Source of the DNA: an uncultured delta proteobacterium
GTDB lineage: Bacteria; Desulfobacterota; Binatia; Binatales; Binataceae
NCBI GenBank assembly: GCA_963765675.1
Contig: CAVXXK010000001.1
Span: forward strand, 1,312,001-1,376,000
DNA length: 64,000 nucleotides
Reading direction: 5' to 3'
Shown piece by piece: positions 10,622-20,739 of this stretch. The notes under the pieces were generated by a model, which did no database searches, was not told where the DNA came from, and saw only the letters and a program-made list of their open reading frames with translations. Position 1 is the first letter of the stretch; the number at the start of each line of letters is the position of its first letter. A program made the position numbers and the translations under genes.

Positions 10622-11563
10622 TTAGAAATTCCCGAGCGCGCGGATAGTTCGTTTCACGGCGCTGGCACGGTCTTCGTTGACCGGGTTCGTGAATACAATC
10701 GCGGTGCCGATTCCCGGTGCGACCAGCGCCTGAAGCTTCTCGCGCACTCGCGCTTCGGAGCCGACCAGCAGGGTCGCATCGATCATCTCATTGGTGACGG
10801 CTTTCATCGCGGCGTCGCCGTCGCGGCCCGCCGCGCGGATTGCGGTGATCTCTTTGTCGAATCCCGAGCGCGCAATCATGTTGCCGTAATAGGTCAGCGC
10901 GCCGTATCGCGAAAGCAACTTGCGCGCGGGGCGGCGTGCCGCTTCGAGATCATCGGAGATAAACGCAGTCGCGAAGAGCGTCGGCTCGATCGCCTTGGGA
11001 TCGCGCCCGGCTTTTTTCGCGCCTTCGGCCAGCTCGCCGAGCGCCTGGGTGACGCGTTTGGGCGGAAAGAAATTGAAAATTACGCCGTCGGCGATCTCGC
11101 CCGCGAGCTTCACCATTGGTTTGGATACTCCCGCAAGATAAATCGGCAACTTCTTTGTCACGCGCGGGCCGGTGGTGCCGCCGTCGAGGGGTTTGCGAAT
11201 CGCGGCGACGGTCTCGCGCATCCGCGTCATCGGATCGCCCATGTCGATCTTCAGGATCGTGTTCATCTCGCGATGCCCTGTGCCGAGGCCCAGGATAAAG
11301 CGTCCTCCCGTGAACTCCTGCACGGCGGCGGCTTCGTTGGCGAGCAGGGCAGGGTGGCGGAAGTAGATATTGCTGATCGCCGTGCCGAGCATGATGCGCT
11401 TGGTGTGCATCCCGAGCGCGAGCGAGCACGCCAGCGCGTCGTTGCCGGCTTCGGTCATGAACACTCCCGCCAGGCCAGCATCCTCGGCGGCTTTGGCCCA
11501 TTCGATGAGCGTAGCTGGCGGAGAGTCGGGAAGAGTCGAGAAAGCGAGAGCGATTTTTGCCAT
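10622..11563 (-). CDS. LLM-class flavin/F420-dependent oxidoreductase
   Basis: TKRIMLGTAI, GGRFILGLGTG, LAGEIADG; AAAGGA RBS before ATG 11563. Confidence 0.88.
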   Translation of the reverse strand: MAKIALAFSTLPDSPPATLIEWAKAAEDAGLAGVFMTEAGNDALACSLALGMHTKRIMLGTAISNIYFRHPALLANEAAAVQEFTGGRFILGLGTGHREMNTILKIDMGDPMTRMRETVAAIRKPLDGGTTGPRVTKKLPIYLAGVSKPMVKLAGEIADGVIFNFFPPKRVTQALGELAEGAKKAGRDPKAIEPTLFATAFISDDLEAARRPARKLLSRYGALTYYGNMIARSGFDKEITAIRAAGRDGDAAMKAVTNEMIDATLLVGSEARVREKLQALVAPGIGTAIVFTNPVNEDRASAVKRTIRALGNF

Positions 11564-11757
11564 AGTCAATTCCTTTCGGACAGCGATGCGACAGTTCCAT
11601 CATGCGCCGCATCGCGTCAAGAGCATCGTGGGTTCCCTCACTGCTCTTGAGCGCACGAATTTAAGTCACTGGACATTCCACCCGGCCGGCCCTAAAACCA
11701 ATGGAGGGGCAAACGGTTCGGCTATGGTGGCCGGCGAAATCGTGCGCAGGAGGATCT

Positions 11758-12174
11758 ATGAAGCGAGTGGGTATTGGTCTTATTTCAGCGGTTTTTGTGC
11801 TGGCCGCGATAGGTATCGGATCGGCTAAGGATTTGTCGAGCACCGGTCTCGAAGAGGCTTTTATCGATTCGGTCGGCACTTGCGGGCCGTCGAGCAATAT
11901 CGCGGGAGTGATCGGCAAGAGCGCTGATCAGGCGGTGCAGATGGCGCTGCGCCGCGCTCTGTTTCTGGAGGCGGCTGACGACGCGGCTGGAGTGGCGGGC
12001 AAGAATGGGCCGCATTCGGAGTGTCTCCAGAAAGACCTCTCGGCGCGCGGCTATTCGAGCGCGCAGATGTCGGCGCTGCCTGATTGCGTTTCGCAGGATT
12101 GGCCGGGGCCGCTTACCTCGCTGGGCGATTGCGTGAAAGCCAGGACGCGGCTGAGCGAGGGTCTTAAGAAATAG
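11758..12174 (+). CDS. Hypothetical secreted protein with 4 Cys
   Basis: AGGAGG RBS; signal peptide MKRVGIGLISAVFVLAAIGIGSA. Confidence 0.65.
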   Translation: MKRVGIGLISAVFVLAAIGIGSAKDLSSTGLEEAFIDSVGTCGPSSNIAGVIGKSADQAVQMALRRALFLEAADDAAGVAGKNGPHSECLQKDLSARGYSSAQMSALPDCVSQDWPGPLTSLGDCVKARTRLSEGLKK

Positions 12175-12194
12175 CGACTGCGGTTTTCACCTAA

Positions 12195-12234
12195 AGACGC
12201 CGTCGTGGCATCGGGCTGCGCCGGCGTTTTTTTT
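12195..12234 (+). terminator. Terminator hairpin between convergent genes
   Basis: GACGCCG...CGGCGTT followed by a T run. Confidence 0.5.
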
Positions 12235-13561
12235 AGTCGAGGCCGTACTTTCTGCGTTTTCGCCACAGCGTCGCCACGTTGATTCCAAGCATGTCGGCGG
12301 CTTCTTCCAGAGTCACCGCCTGTTCGAGCACCGACTCGATATGGCGGCGTTCGAGCTCCTCCAGGGTTTTGCTCTGATCGGTCTTTCCCGGACCGGCCAG
12401 GAGGCGATCGGGCAGATCGCCGAGCGTGATCGTTTCGCCGCGGCTTAAGACCACCGCCCGCTCGATCACGTTGCGCAACTCTCGCACGTTGCCCGGCCAT
12501 GAATAGGCCGACAGCGCGCGCGCTGCCTCCGGCGCGAGTGCGAGGGGAACCTTGTGATGCCGCAGCGCGGCCTGAGCGGTGAAATGCGCCGCCAGCCGCG
12601 GAATCTCTCCTGGACGTTCACGCAGGGCCGGTACGTGCAGCTCGATCACGTTGAGGCGATAATACAGATCTTCCCGGAAGCGCTTCTGATGCACCAGTTG
12701 CTCGAGGTCCTGATTGGTTGCCGCGATAATTCGGACGTCTACGGTGATCGTGTTGGCGCCGCCGACTCGCTCGAAGGTCTTCTCCTGCAGAAAGCGCAGG
12801 AGCTTCGATTGCACTACCGGCGACAGGTCGCCGATTTCGTCGAGCAAGACCGATCCGCCCTCGGCCGCTTCGAGCCGGCCGGGCTTGTCCTTGATCGCGC
12901 CGGTGAAGGCGCCGCGCACGTGGCCGAAGAGTTCGCTTTCGAGCAGATGTTCGCTGAGCGTCGTGCATGCGACCTGCACGAACGGTCCGGCGCTGCGCGG
13001 GCTGGTGCGATGGATATGGCTCGCGAGCAGGCTCTTGCCGGTGCCGCTTTCGCCGCTCAGCAGGATCGTCGCGTCGCTGCCTGCCACCTGCGCCGCAGTC
13101 TCGGCCAGTTTGCGGCTGTGCGCGCTGAGCGTCTGGAAGCTCTCCGGACTCGAGAGGCGTTCGACTTCCGCGCGCAGGCGGCGATTCTCGGCGCGCAGGC
13201 TCTGCACCTCGAGCGCGCGTGCAACCACGCGGCGAATATGCTCGGCGGTGAACGGCTTGGGCAGATAATCGTACGCGCCAAAGCGCATCGCCTCGACCGC
13301 GTCGGGAATTGAGCCGTACGCGGTCATCATCACGACCTGCACCGCGGGGTTCTGCTGCTTGATCGATTGCAGCAGCTTGAATCCGCCGAGCCCCGCCATC
13401 CGAACGTCGCTGATTACGATTTCTGCCTCGCTTGGCGCGAGCACCTCAAGCGCGCGCTCGGCGCTTTCGGCTTCGGTTACGCGATGGCCCGCGCCCTCGA
13501 GGCTCGCCGCTAACATCCGGCGTATATTGCGGTCGTCGTCAACGACCAGGATCCTGGCCAA
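12233..13561 (-). CDS. Sigma54-dependent response regulator (NtrC/AlgB-like: REC, AAA+, HTH)
   Basis: ILVVDDD, SDVRM, GESGTGKS, GAFTGA, WPGNVRELRN. TTG start at 13561 after GGGAGG. Confidence 0.93.
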   Translation of the reverse strand: MARILVVDDDRNIRRMLAASLEGAGHRVTEAESAERALEVLAPSEAEIVISDVRMAGLGGFKLLQSIKQQNPAVQVVMMTAYGSIPDAVEAMRFGAYDYLPKPFTAEHIRRVVARALEVQSLRAENRRLRAEVERLSSPESFQTLSAHSRKLAETAAQVAGSDATILLSGESGTGKSLLASHIHRTSPRSAGPFVQVACTTLSEHLLESELFGHVRGAFTGAIKDKPGRLEAAEGGSVLLDEIGDLSPVVQSKLLRFLQEKTFERVGGANTITVDVRIIAATNQDLEQLVHQKRFREDLYYRLNVIELHVPALRERPGEIPRLAAHFTAQAALRHHKVPLALAPEAARALSAYSWPGNVRELRNVIERAVVLSRGETITLGDLPDRLLAGPGKTDQSKTLEELERRHIESVLEQAVTLEEAADMLGINVATLWRKRRKYGLD

Positions 13562-14753
13562 GCGCTTCCTCCCGAATTGGTATCTCGATCGTGAACATCG
13601 TACCGTGTCCGTCGTCACTGTGCGCGAAGATGCGGCCGTTGTGCGCCTCGACAATCTCTTTGGCGATATACAGTCCTAGTCCCGCCGAGCCCATCGCGGT
13701 GCCCACCCCAGGAAACTGGGCGTAGGGCTCAAAGATTCGCGGCATCAGTTCGGGCGCGATTCCTTTGCCGGTGTCGGTGACGATCGTGCGCGCGATCTTG
13801 CCGTCGCGCTTGAGCGCAATCGTGATTCGTCCGCCCGCCGGAGTGTAGCGCAGCGAGTTTCCAACCAGGTTGGTGATTACCCACGGCAGCTTGATCGGAT
13901 CGCCCCAAATCGGAATCGGCGCACCGGACGCCAGAACGTCGAGCGTGATGCTTTTTTCCTCGGCCTGGAGCGCGAGCGGACGGCATACCTCGCCGATCAC
14001 GCGGTCGAGCAGGATCGCCCTGCGCTCGACGCCGATCCGCGCGACGCTGGTGCGCGAGGCGTCGAGCAGGTTGTTCGCGATAGTAGTCAGCCGGCCGATA
14101 TCGTTGCGGATCGTCTCGAGCAGCTCGCGCTGGCGGTCAGTTGCGTCGGCGCGCGCCGATTCCGCCATCAGCTCCGCACCGAGCGCGAGCGAGGTCAGCG
14201 GAGTCTTGAGCTCGTGCGACAGGGTCGCGATGAGATTGGTGCGTTGGCGCTCCTGATCGCGGATAAAGGTCACGTCCTGAAGCAGCAGAATCGTCCCGAG
14301 CGGTTCCATCGAGCGCCCGGTCCATTGGAGTTCGCGGCTGATGTAGGTATGGTCGCGGCCGCGCAGGAAGACCTTGAACTCCGTGGGAGCGTCGAGGCTG
14401 CTGGCCGAATTGCGCTGCGCCGCGAGCAACCGCGCCACATGCGGATTGTGTGCGGCCAGGTCGTCGAGAACCACGCCGGGCCCCGCGTCGAGCACCAGAA
14501 TCGCAGCGGCGACTTCATTGATGTGAACGATCGCGCGCGAACGGTCGAGCACGATCAGGCCGTCCTCGACGCTTTCGATTATCGCGTCGATTTTCGAGCG
14601 CTCGTGATCGAGCTCCGCGACTCGCGCCTTGTAATCGCGTGCCGCTGCCGTATCGATCGACTTGGCGAGCTCCCGAATATGCCGACGCGTTCGCAGGAGC
14701 GACCATAGGGCCGCAGCTATAGCACCGACGATAAATGCGAGTGCGATCTTCAA
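13539..14753 (-). CDS. Sensor histidine kinase (single TM, PAS, HisKA, HATPase)
   Basis: SHELKTPL, NLVGNS, DTGKGI, GLGL; overlaps the response-regulator start. Confidence 0.9.
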   Translation of the reverse strand: MKIALAFIVGAIAAALWSLLRTRRHIRELAKSIDTAAARDYKARVAELDHERSKIDAIIESVEDGLIVLDRSRAIVHINEVAAAILVLDAGPGVVLDDLAAHNPHVARLLAAQRNSASSLDAPTEFKVFLRGRDHTYISRELQWTGRSMEPLGTILLLQDVTFIRDQERQRTNLIATLSHELKTPLTSLALGAELMAESARADATDRQRELLETIRNDIGRLTTIANNLLDASRTSVARIGVERRAILLDRVIGEVCRPLALQAEEKSITLDVLASGAPIPIWGDPIKLPWVITNLVGNSLRYTPAGGRITIALKRDGKIARTIVTDTGKGIAPELMPRIFEPYAQFPGVGTAMGSAGLGLYIAKEIVEAHNGRIFAHSDDGHGTMFTIEIPIREEALGQDPGR

Positions 14754-14875
14754 GGATGGAAGCCCGCAAGATCATCGTCGGCGGCGGATCGACAGGTCGA
14801 AACATCCCACGATGGCATGGGCAATATTGTAGCGCGCGTGCCGATCAAAGTGTCAGCAACGCCGTCATTGGTCCA

Positions 14876-14980
14876 TTGCAAAATGCACGAATTAAACTCA
14901 AGCAACTAGTGCCGAATGCAAATATGACCATCGAAAAATTGATGAATCCGCTGGAATTTAGACGGGGACTGCAAATTGCA
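14876..14980 (+). promoter_or_regulatory. Putative enhancer sites and -24/-12 sigma54 promoter for the KimA-like permease
   Basis: TTGCAAAATGCAC at 14876 and GTGCCGAATGCAA at 14909 (33 bp apart); GG-N10-GC in GGGACTGCAAATTGCA at 14965-14980. Confidence 0.4.
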
Positions 14981-15043
14981 TCCAATCGCACCAACCTCTG
15001 GGATCGACACGGAGGCTTGCCCGGGTATCTGAAAGAGGATTGT

Positions 15044-17086
15044 TTGGCTGCGACTATCAAAGGACCTCACGCCATCGGTGAAACTCCGGCGGCGCCAAGT
15101 TCGAAAAAACAAACCCGCGCGATCGTTGTCACCACCGGAATGCTCGCCTTCATTTCGTTCTGGCGGGCGTCGGCGGTGGTGCTCTGCGACCTCGCGTCGA
15201 CGGCGTATTACATCGGCGGAATCGTCGAGGGCGCGGTCGGCAAGTCGGCGCCGTATTTCATCCTGGCGGTGATGCTGTTTTCGTACGCGGTGCGGGCGGT
15301 CTACGTCGAGTCGTGTTCGATGTTCACGCGCGGCGGCGTGTATCGCGTCGTGAAAGAAGCGATGGGCTCGACGCTGGCCAAGCTCAGCGTCTCCGCCCTG
15401 ATGTTCGACTATATTCTGACGGGACCGACCAGCGGCGTGTCCGCCGGCCAGTACCTGGTCGGGTTGATCAACGAAATCCTGAAGCTCGGGCATCTCACGG
15501 TAACGCTGCCGCCGGACTTCACCGCCGCGCTGTTCGCGATCGGCTGCACGGTCTATTTCTGGTGGCAGAATATCCTCGGGATCGAGGAATCGAGCGGCAA
15601 AGCGATGCGCATCATGCAGGTCACCACCGTGATGGCGGTGATGATGATCGGATGGTGCGGGCTGACGCTGTATCTGCGCGGCTTTCATATGCCGCCGCTG
15701 CATCTGAACTTTCCCGACAGCTCGCTCGGATGGCTCGCGCATACGCCGGCGGCGCGGACCTTTGGCGCATTCGGAATCGTGATCGCGTTCGGCCATTCGA
15801 TTCTCGCGATGTCGGGCGAAGAATCGCTGGCGCAGATCAATCGTGAAATCGAAGCGCCCAAGTTAAAGAACCTGCTCCGTACCGGCTTCATCATCTTCAT
15901 CTACAGCCTGCTGCTGACCTCGCTTATCTCCTTCTTCGCGGTGATGATCATTCCCGACAGCGTGCGGATGCCGCTCTATGGCGACGATCTGATCGGCGGC
16001 CTTGCGATGTACGTGGTTGGGCCGCTGTGGCTGCGCCTCGCGTTGCGCGCGTTCGTGGTGTTCGTGGGATTCCTGATCCTCGCGGGCGCGGTGAACACCG
16101 CAATCGTCGGTTCAGTAGGAGTTCTGACCCGGGTTGCCGAGGATGGAGTGCTGCTCGACTGGTTCCGGCATCCGCATCGAAAATTCGGCACCAATTACCG
16201 GATTGTGAATATGGTTGCGATTCTGCAGATCGCGACCATCATCCTTTCCAAAGGCGATATGTACGTCCTTGGCGAGGCCTATGCCTTCGGCGTTATCTGG
16301 AGCTTCGTATTCAAGACACTCTCGGTGCTGGTGCTGCGCTACAAGCATAAGTACAAGCGTTTGTGGCGGGTGCCGCTAAATCTGAAATTCTTCCGTCCCG
16401 GCGGACAGGATTTTCCGCTAGGGCTCGCACTCACGTTCCTGGTGCTGTTCATGACCGCGGTGGTGAACCTGTTCACCAAAGAGGTTGCGACGATTGCGGG
16501 AATCGCGTTCACCGTCGGGCTGTTCGTGGTCTTTGAGATCTCGCAGAAGATCAACGGACAGGTCGAGCATCCCTACGGCGAAGAGCCAGAGAAGTTCAAC
16601 CTCGAGATGGTCGATGAGGAGCATCTCGACGCGGCGCATCTTAACCTGAACGCTCCGATCAAGCGAATCATCGCGATTCGCGACCCGCTGAATCTCGCGC
16701 ATTTGCATCGCTACCTGTCCGAGCGCGACAGCGCAGAGCTGATCGCGGTAACCGTGCGCAATGAAAAAGGCCTCGCCTCGAGCGATGGCGGCGAGATCTT
16801 CACCGACGCCGAGCAGAAGCTGTTCAGCCGAGTCGTCAAGGTGTGCGAAGATCATGGCCGCGCAGTGACTCCGCTGGTCGCGGTCTCGAACGACCAGGTC
16901 TATGCAATCGCTCGAGTGGCGTATGTGCTGGGCGCGGAAGAAGTTGTGATGGGTGTTTCGGCGCGTTTCAATTCCGACATCCAGCTCGAAAATTTCGCGA
17001 TGCACTGGGGCTCGCTCGCCGACAGCGACCATCACGTAAAGGTGCGCGTCCTGTCCGAGACCCAGGATATCCGCGCCGAGCTGTAA
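15044..17086 (+). CDS. APC-family permease, KimA/YdaO-like (candidate K+ importer), with a C-terminal cytoplasmic USP-like domain
   Basis: About 12 TM segments; CDLASTAYY, GGVYRVVKE and FDYILTG resemble the KimA TM1 and TM3 motifs. TTG start after GAGGA. Confidence 0.8.
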   Translation: MAATIKGPHAIGETPAAPSSKKQTRAIVVTTGMLAFISFWRASAVVLCDLASTAYYIGGIVEGAVGKSAPYFILAVMLFSYAVRAVYVESCSMFTRGGVYRVVKEAMGSTLAKLSVSALMFDYILTGPTSGVSAGQYLVGLINEILKLGHLTVTLPPDFTAALFAIGCTVYFWWQNILGIEESSGKAMRIMQVTTVMAVMMIGWCGLTLYLRGFHMPPLHLNFPDSSLGWLAHTPAARTFGAFGIVIAFGHSILAMSGEESLAQINREIEAPKLKNLLRTGFIIFIYSLLLTSLISFFAVMIIPDSVRMPLYGDDLIGGLAMYVVGPLWLRLALRAFVVFVGFLILAGAVNTAIVGSVGVLTRVAEDGVLLDWFRHPHRKFGTNYRIVNMVAILQIATIILSKGDMYVLGEAYAFGVIWSFVFKTLSVLVLRYKHKYKRLWRVPLNLKFFRPGGQDFPLGLALTFLVLFMTAVVNLFTKEVATIAGIAFTVGLFVVFEISQKINGQVEHPYGEEPEKFNLEMVDEEHLDAAHLNLNAPIKRIIAIRDPLNLAHLHRYLSERDSAELIAVTVRNEKGLASSDGGEIFTDAEQKLFSRVVKVCEDHGRAVTPLVAVSNDQVYAIARVAYVLGAEEVVMGVSARFNSDIQLENFAMHWGSLADSDHHVKVRVLSETQDIRAEL

Positions 17087-17174
17087 CCTTCAGCCCTCGC
17101 TGCAACGTCTCGCTTCCACGCCCTCTCCCTCCGACTCGATCCACAAGCTGAGACGCGAGCGCTATCCGAACTCG

Positions 17175-17209
17175 GAATTCTCGCGCGGCAGCCATACGCG
17201 GGGATGACG
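17175..17209. repeat. Degenerate copy of the GTCATTCCCGCG/GGGAATGAC REP-like family
   Basis: GGAATTCTCGCGCGGCAGCCATACGCGGGGATGAC resembles 41961-42000. Confidence 0.5.
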
Positions 17210-17225
17210 AGTGGATCCGCTGCGC

Positions 17226-17286
17226 TTGACAAATCCCCGCGCGCGCGGTATTTAACCTACTAGTTATTTAACTGAATGGTTCAATA
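17226..17286 (+). promoter_or_regulatory. Sigma70 promoter with two overlapping ArsR-type operators
   Basis: TTGACA-N17-TATTTA; TATTTAAC-N6-GTTATTTA (17249-17270) and TATTTAAC-N6-GTTCAATA (17265-17286). Confidence 0.75.
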
Positions 17287-17303
17287 CTAACAGTTCAAGC
17301 CCA

Positions 17304-17678
17304 ATGACGCCTGACCTCAACACCACCTTCGCCGCCCTGGCCGATCCTACTCGCCGCGCGATACTTGCCCGCCTTGCCGCCGGCGAGATCTCGGTCACGG
17401 AGTTGGCCGAGCCATTCAAGATGACCCTTCCCGCCGTCTCGAAGCATCTTAAGGTGCTCGAACGCGCCGGTCTGATCGCGCGCGGACGCGAGGCGCAGTG
17501 GCGTCCGTGCCGGCTCGAAGCAGGTCCGCTCAAGCAGGCATCCGATTGGATCGAGAGCTATCGCCGCTTCTGGGAAGAGAGTTTCGATCGCCTGGAAGAC
17601 TATCTGCGCGAAATTCAAAATCGCCCAGTGAAAAAGCAGGTTCAGAAAAAGGAGCATCGAAATGGCCGCAACAAGTAA
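17304..17678 (+). CDS. ArsR/SmtB family transcriptional regulator
   Basis: FAALADPTRRAIL, SKHLKVLERAGLI, GREAQWRPC. Confidence 0.93.
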   Translation: MTPDLNTTFAALADPTRRAILARLAAGEISVTELAEPFKMTLPAVSKHLKVLERAGLIARGREAQWRPCRLEAGPLKQASDWIESYRRFWEESFDRLEDYLREIQNRPVKKQVQKKEHRNGRNK

Positions 17679-18135
17679 TGCCGCCGCGATTTCCGCGGAA
17701 CGCGAGCTGGTCATCACGCGCATTTTCGATGCGCCGCGGAGCTTGGTTTTCAAGGCTTGGACTGAGCCCGAGCATTTGGCTCACTGGTGGGGTCCGAGCG
17801 GCTTCACTCTTCCAGAATGCGAGATCGATGCGCGCACCGGCGGCCACTATCGCTTCCGGATGCGCTCATCTGAGGGGACGGAGCATTGGTCGCAGGGAAT
17901 TTTCAGCGAGGTCGTCGCGCCGGAACGGATAGTGTTCACCGGCGGATGGACCGACGCGGAGGGCAAGCCGCTCAGCCCCGTGATGAAGACGACGGTGACG
18001 TTCGAAGAGCATACCGGCAGGACCCACCTGAGGTTGCATCAGAGCGGGCTCGAATCGGTCGCGGCGCGCGAGTCGCATCGAGGTGGCTGGACCAGTTCGA
18101 TGCAGCGCCTGGCGGTATACCTGGCGACGGTCTGA
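17662..18135 (+). CDS. SRPBCC/AHSA1 domain protein 1
   Basis: ELVITRIFDAPR, WWGP, HRGGW. Confidence 0.9.
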   Translation: MAATSNAAAISAERELVITRIFDAPRSLVFKAWTEPEHLAHWWGPSGFTLPECEIDARTGGHYRFRMRSSEGTEHWSQGIFSEVVAPERIVFTGGWTDAEGKPLSPVMKTTVTFEEHTGRTHLRLHQSGLESVAARESHRGGWTSSMQRLAVYLATV

Positions 18136-18187
18136 ATATTGACGCTCTGAAAAAACAAAAAACCAGTGCAAGGAAAGGAGAAGCGAA

Positions 18188-18664
18188 ATGCCTGCAACAG
18201 CAAGTAAAGCCACCACGGTTCCCGCGGAACGCGAGCTGGTTATCACCCGCATCTTCGATGCGCCGCGCAAAATGGTTTACAACGCGTGGGCCGATCCCGA
18301 GCAGGCGGTCAAATGGCTCGGTCCAAAAGGATTCACCGGCAAGATCGAAAAAATGGACGCGCGTCCGGGCGGCTCGTATCGCTTCTACATGCGCGATTCC
18401 CAGGGTGGCGATCATTGGCAGCAGGGCGTCTTTCGCGAAATTGTCGAATTCGAGCGAATCGTACAGACCTACGCGTGGGCCGATGCCGCCGGAAATCCGA
18501 CAGGCCCTGAAACCTTGCTGACCGTCACCTTCGAGGACCACGGTGCAAAGACCAAGCTGACTCTGCATCAGGCGGTGTTCGAGTCGGTTACCGCGCGCGA
18601 CATGCATCGCGGAGGATGGACCAGTGCGCTCGATCGCCTGGAAGAACTCTTGGCGCAGGCGTGA
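18188..18664 (+). CDS. SRPBCC/AHSA1 domain protein 2
   Basis: ELVITRIFDAPR, RPGGSYR, HRGGWTSALDRL. Confidence 0.9.
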   Translation: MPATASKATTVPAERELVITRIFDAPRKMVYNAWADPEQAVKWLGPKGFTGKIEKMDARPGGSYRFYMRDSQGGDHWQQGVFREIVEFERIVQTYAWADAAGNPTGPETLLTVTFEDHGAKTKLTLHQAVFESVTARDMHRGGWTSALDRLEELLAQA

Positions 18665-18679
18665 TCGAGGAGATGTACC

Positions 18680-19153
18680 ATGGCCCTGGAAAATCGCGTC
18701 GCTGCAGAATCATCCGAACGGACGCTCCTGATCACGCGCATCTTCGATGCGCCGCGCAGTCTCGTCTTCAAAGCCTGGACCGAGCCCGGGCATCTGGCGC
18801 GCTGGTGGGGCCCGCGCGGTTACACCACATCTGTCAGCGAAATGGATCTCCGCCCGGGCGGCGCGTATCGCTTTCGAATGCAATCGCCCGAGGGCGTCGT
18901 CCATTGGTGGTATGGCACCATTCGCGAAGTCGTCGAGCCTGAGCGGATTGTCTGGAGCTGCAGGCTGGACGATAAGGACGGCAAACTTGTTTACGCCGAA
19001 ACCCTGTTGACCGTCACCTTCGAGGACCAAGGTGCAAAAACCAAGCTGACTCTTCATCAGGGGGTGTTCCAAACCGTCTCTTCGCGCGACGGGCATCGCG
19101 CTGGCTGGAACAGCGCGCTCGATCGTCTGAAAGAGGTTTTGGCGCAGGCGTGA
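18680..19153 (+). CDS. SRPBCC/AHSA1 domain protein 3
   Basis: ITRIFDAPR, WWGPRG, DLRPGG. Confidence 0.9.
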   Translation: MALENRVAAESSERTLLITRIFDAPRSLVFKAWTEPGHLARWWGPRGYTTSVSEMDLRPGGAYRFRMQSPEGVVHWWYGTIREVVEPERIVWSCRLDDKDGKLVYAETLLTVTFEDQGAKTKLTLHQGVFQTVSSRDGHRAGWNSALDRLKEVLAQA

Positions 19154-19168
19154 TCGGAGAGATATCTG

Positions 19169-19639
19169 ATGGCCACGGAAAATCGTATCGCCAGGGAATC
19201 ATCGGAAAGGACGCTCAATATCACGCGCATTTTCGATGCGCCGCGCGGTCTCGTCTTCAAAGCCTGGACCGAGCGCGAGCACCGGATGCGGTGGTGGGGC
19301 CCGCGCGGGTTCACCGTGACCTTCTGCGAGATGGATCTGCGGCCCGGCGGCGCTTGGCGTATTTCGATGCGCTCGCCGGAGGGTCGTGAGGATCGGCAAC
19401 GCGGAATTTTTCGCGAAATTATGCCACCAGAGCGGCTGGTCTTCACCTACGCCTTTGAAGACGCCGCCGGCATCGTCGGTCACGAGACTCTGGTGACGGT
19501 GGCCTTCGCCGAGCATGAAGGCAAAACGAAACTGACCGTGAACCATGCGATATTCGAGACGGTCGCAGTCCGCGACGACCACGTGCGCGGATGGGGCGAG
19601 GCGCTGGATCGCCTGGCGGCATACGCGACAACGGCATGA
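19169..19639 (+). CDS. SRPBCC/AHSA1 domain protein 4
   Basis: ITRIFDAPR, WWGPRG, HVRGW. Confidence 0.9.
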   Translation: MATENRIARESSERTLNITRIFDAPRGLVFKAWTEREHRMRWWGPRGFTVTFCEMDLRPGGAWRISMRSPEGREDRQRGIFREIMPPERLVFTYAFEDAAGIVGHETLVTVAFAEHEGKTKLTVNHAIFETVAVRDDHVRGWGEALDRLAAYATTA

Positions 19640-19686
19640 AGGAATCAACTCAACGCAAACGAGATCGGTAAAAAGGAGATCGGACG

Positions 19687-20421
19687 ATGAATCAGCATCC
19701 AACCGTGTCCCAGGAACAGTGGATCGCCGCGCGCAAGGAGCTCCTGAATAAGGAGAAAGAGCTCGCGAATCTGCAGGATGAAGTGAGCCGGCAGCGTCGC
19801 GAGCTGCCATGGGTGAAGGTCGAGAAAGAATACATTTTCGAGACGCCAGAGGGCAGGAAAACTCTCTCCGAACTGTTCAACGGCAATAGCCAGTTAGTGG
19901 TCTATCATTTCATGTTCGGTCCGGGCTGGAAGGCCGGGTGCGTGGGTTGTTCGTTCTTTTCCGATCATGTCGATGGCGCCAACCAGCATCTGGCTCATCA
20001 CGATGTGACCTTCACCGCGGTTTCGCGTGCGCCGCTCGCTGAAATCGAAGCCTACAAAAAACGCATGGGCTGGCGCTTTAACTGGGTGTCGTCGAGCGAA
20101 AGCGACTTCAACTACGATTTCCATGTGTCGTTCAGAAAAGATGCGATCGCGGCCGGCGAGGTCTACTACAACTACGAGATGCTCAAGACCACGATGGAGG
20201 ATCTGCACGGTACGAGTGTGTTCTTCAAGGACGACAGCGGGGCAGTTTTTCATACCTATTCCTCCTATGCGCGCGGTGACGAGCGCGGACTCGGCACTTA
20301 CATGTTCCTCGATCTCACGCCAAAGGGTCGCGATGAGACCGGCCCCAACTTCAACCTGACGGACTGGGTGCGCCGCCACGACGAGTACGGCGATGGTAAA
20401 TCTTCGGAGGACCGCCATTGA
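19687..20421 (+). CDS. DUF899 family thioredoxin-like protein
   Basis: RRELPWVKVEKEY, YHFMFGP, GCVGCS, HTYSSYARG, WVRRHDEY. Confidence 0.93.
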   Translation: MNQHPTVSQEQWIAARKELLNKEKELANLQDEVSRQRRELPWVKVEKEYIFETPEGRKTLSELFNGNSQLVVYHFMFGPGWKAGCVGCSFFSDHVDGANQHLAHHDVTFTAVSRAPLAEIEAYKKRMGWRFNWVSSSESDFNYDFHVSFRKDAIAAGEVYYNYEMLKTTMEDLHGTSVFFKDDSGAVFHTYSSYARGDERGLGTYMFLDLTPKGRDETGPNFNLTDWVRRHDEYGDGKSSEDRH

Positions 20422-20739
20422 GCGTTCATTGTTGCTGCGGGGCCGATTCGGTTGATCCGGCGCGCGAGCCGATCGCCGAATCGGCCACCTTCGTCAGGCG
20501 ATGCCGCGATTTAGCCGGATGGATCGTCCCGGCCGCCGGTCTGGCATTGTTGCCGAAGTGTCCCGTATGTATCGCGGCTTATGTTGCGCTTGGCACGGGC
20601 GTCGGAATTTCGATCCCGGCCGCGGCGCGTCTGAGGACGCTGCTTGTGATCATATGCGTCGGCGTCGCTGTCGTATCTGATAGCCAGGAAGATCTGCAGT
20701 AGGACTGGGAGCAACGTTAGGAGAATGACACATGCGTAG
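20418..20739 (+). CDS. Small membrane protein with a PKCPxC motif; apparent +1 frameshift near 20661
   Basis: LALLPKCPVCIAAY. Removing one G gives a hydrophobic tail ICVASLSYLIARK and a stop at 20739; as sequenced it stops at 20702. Confidence 0.65.
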
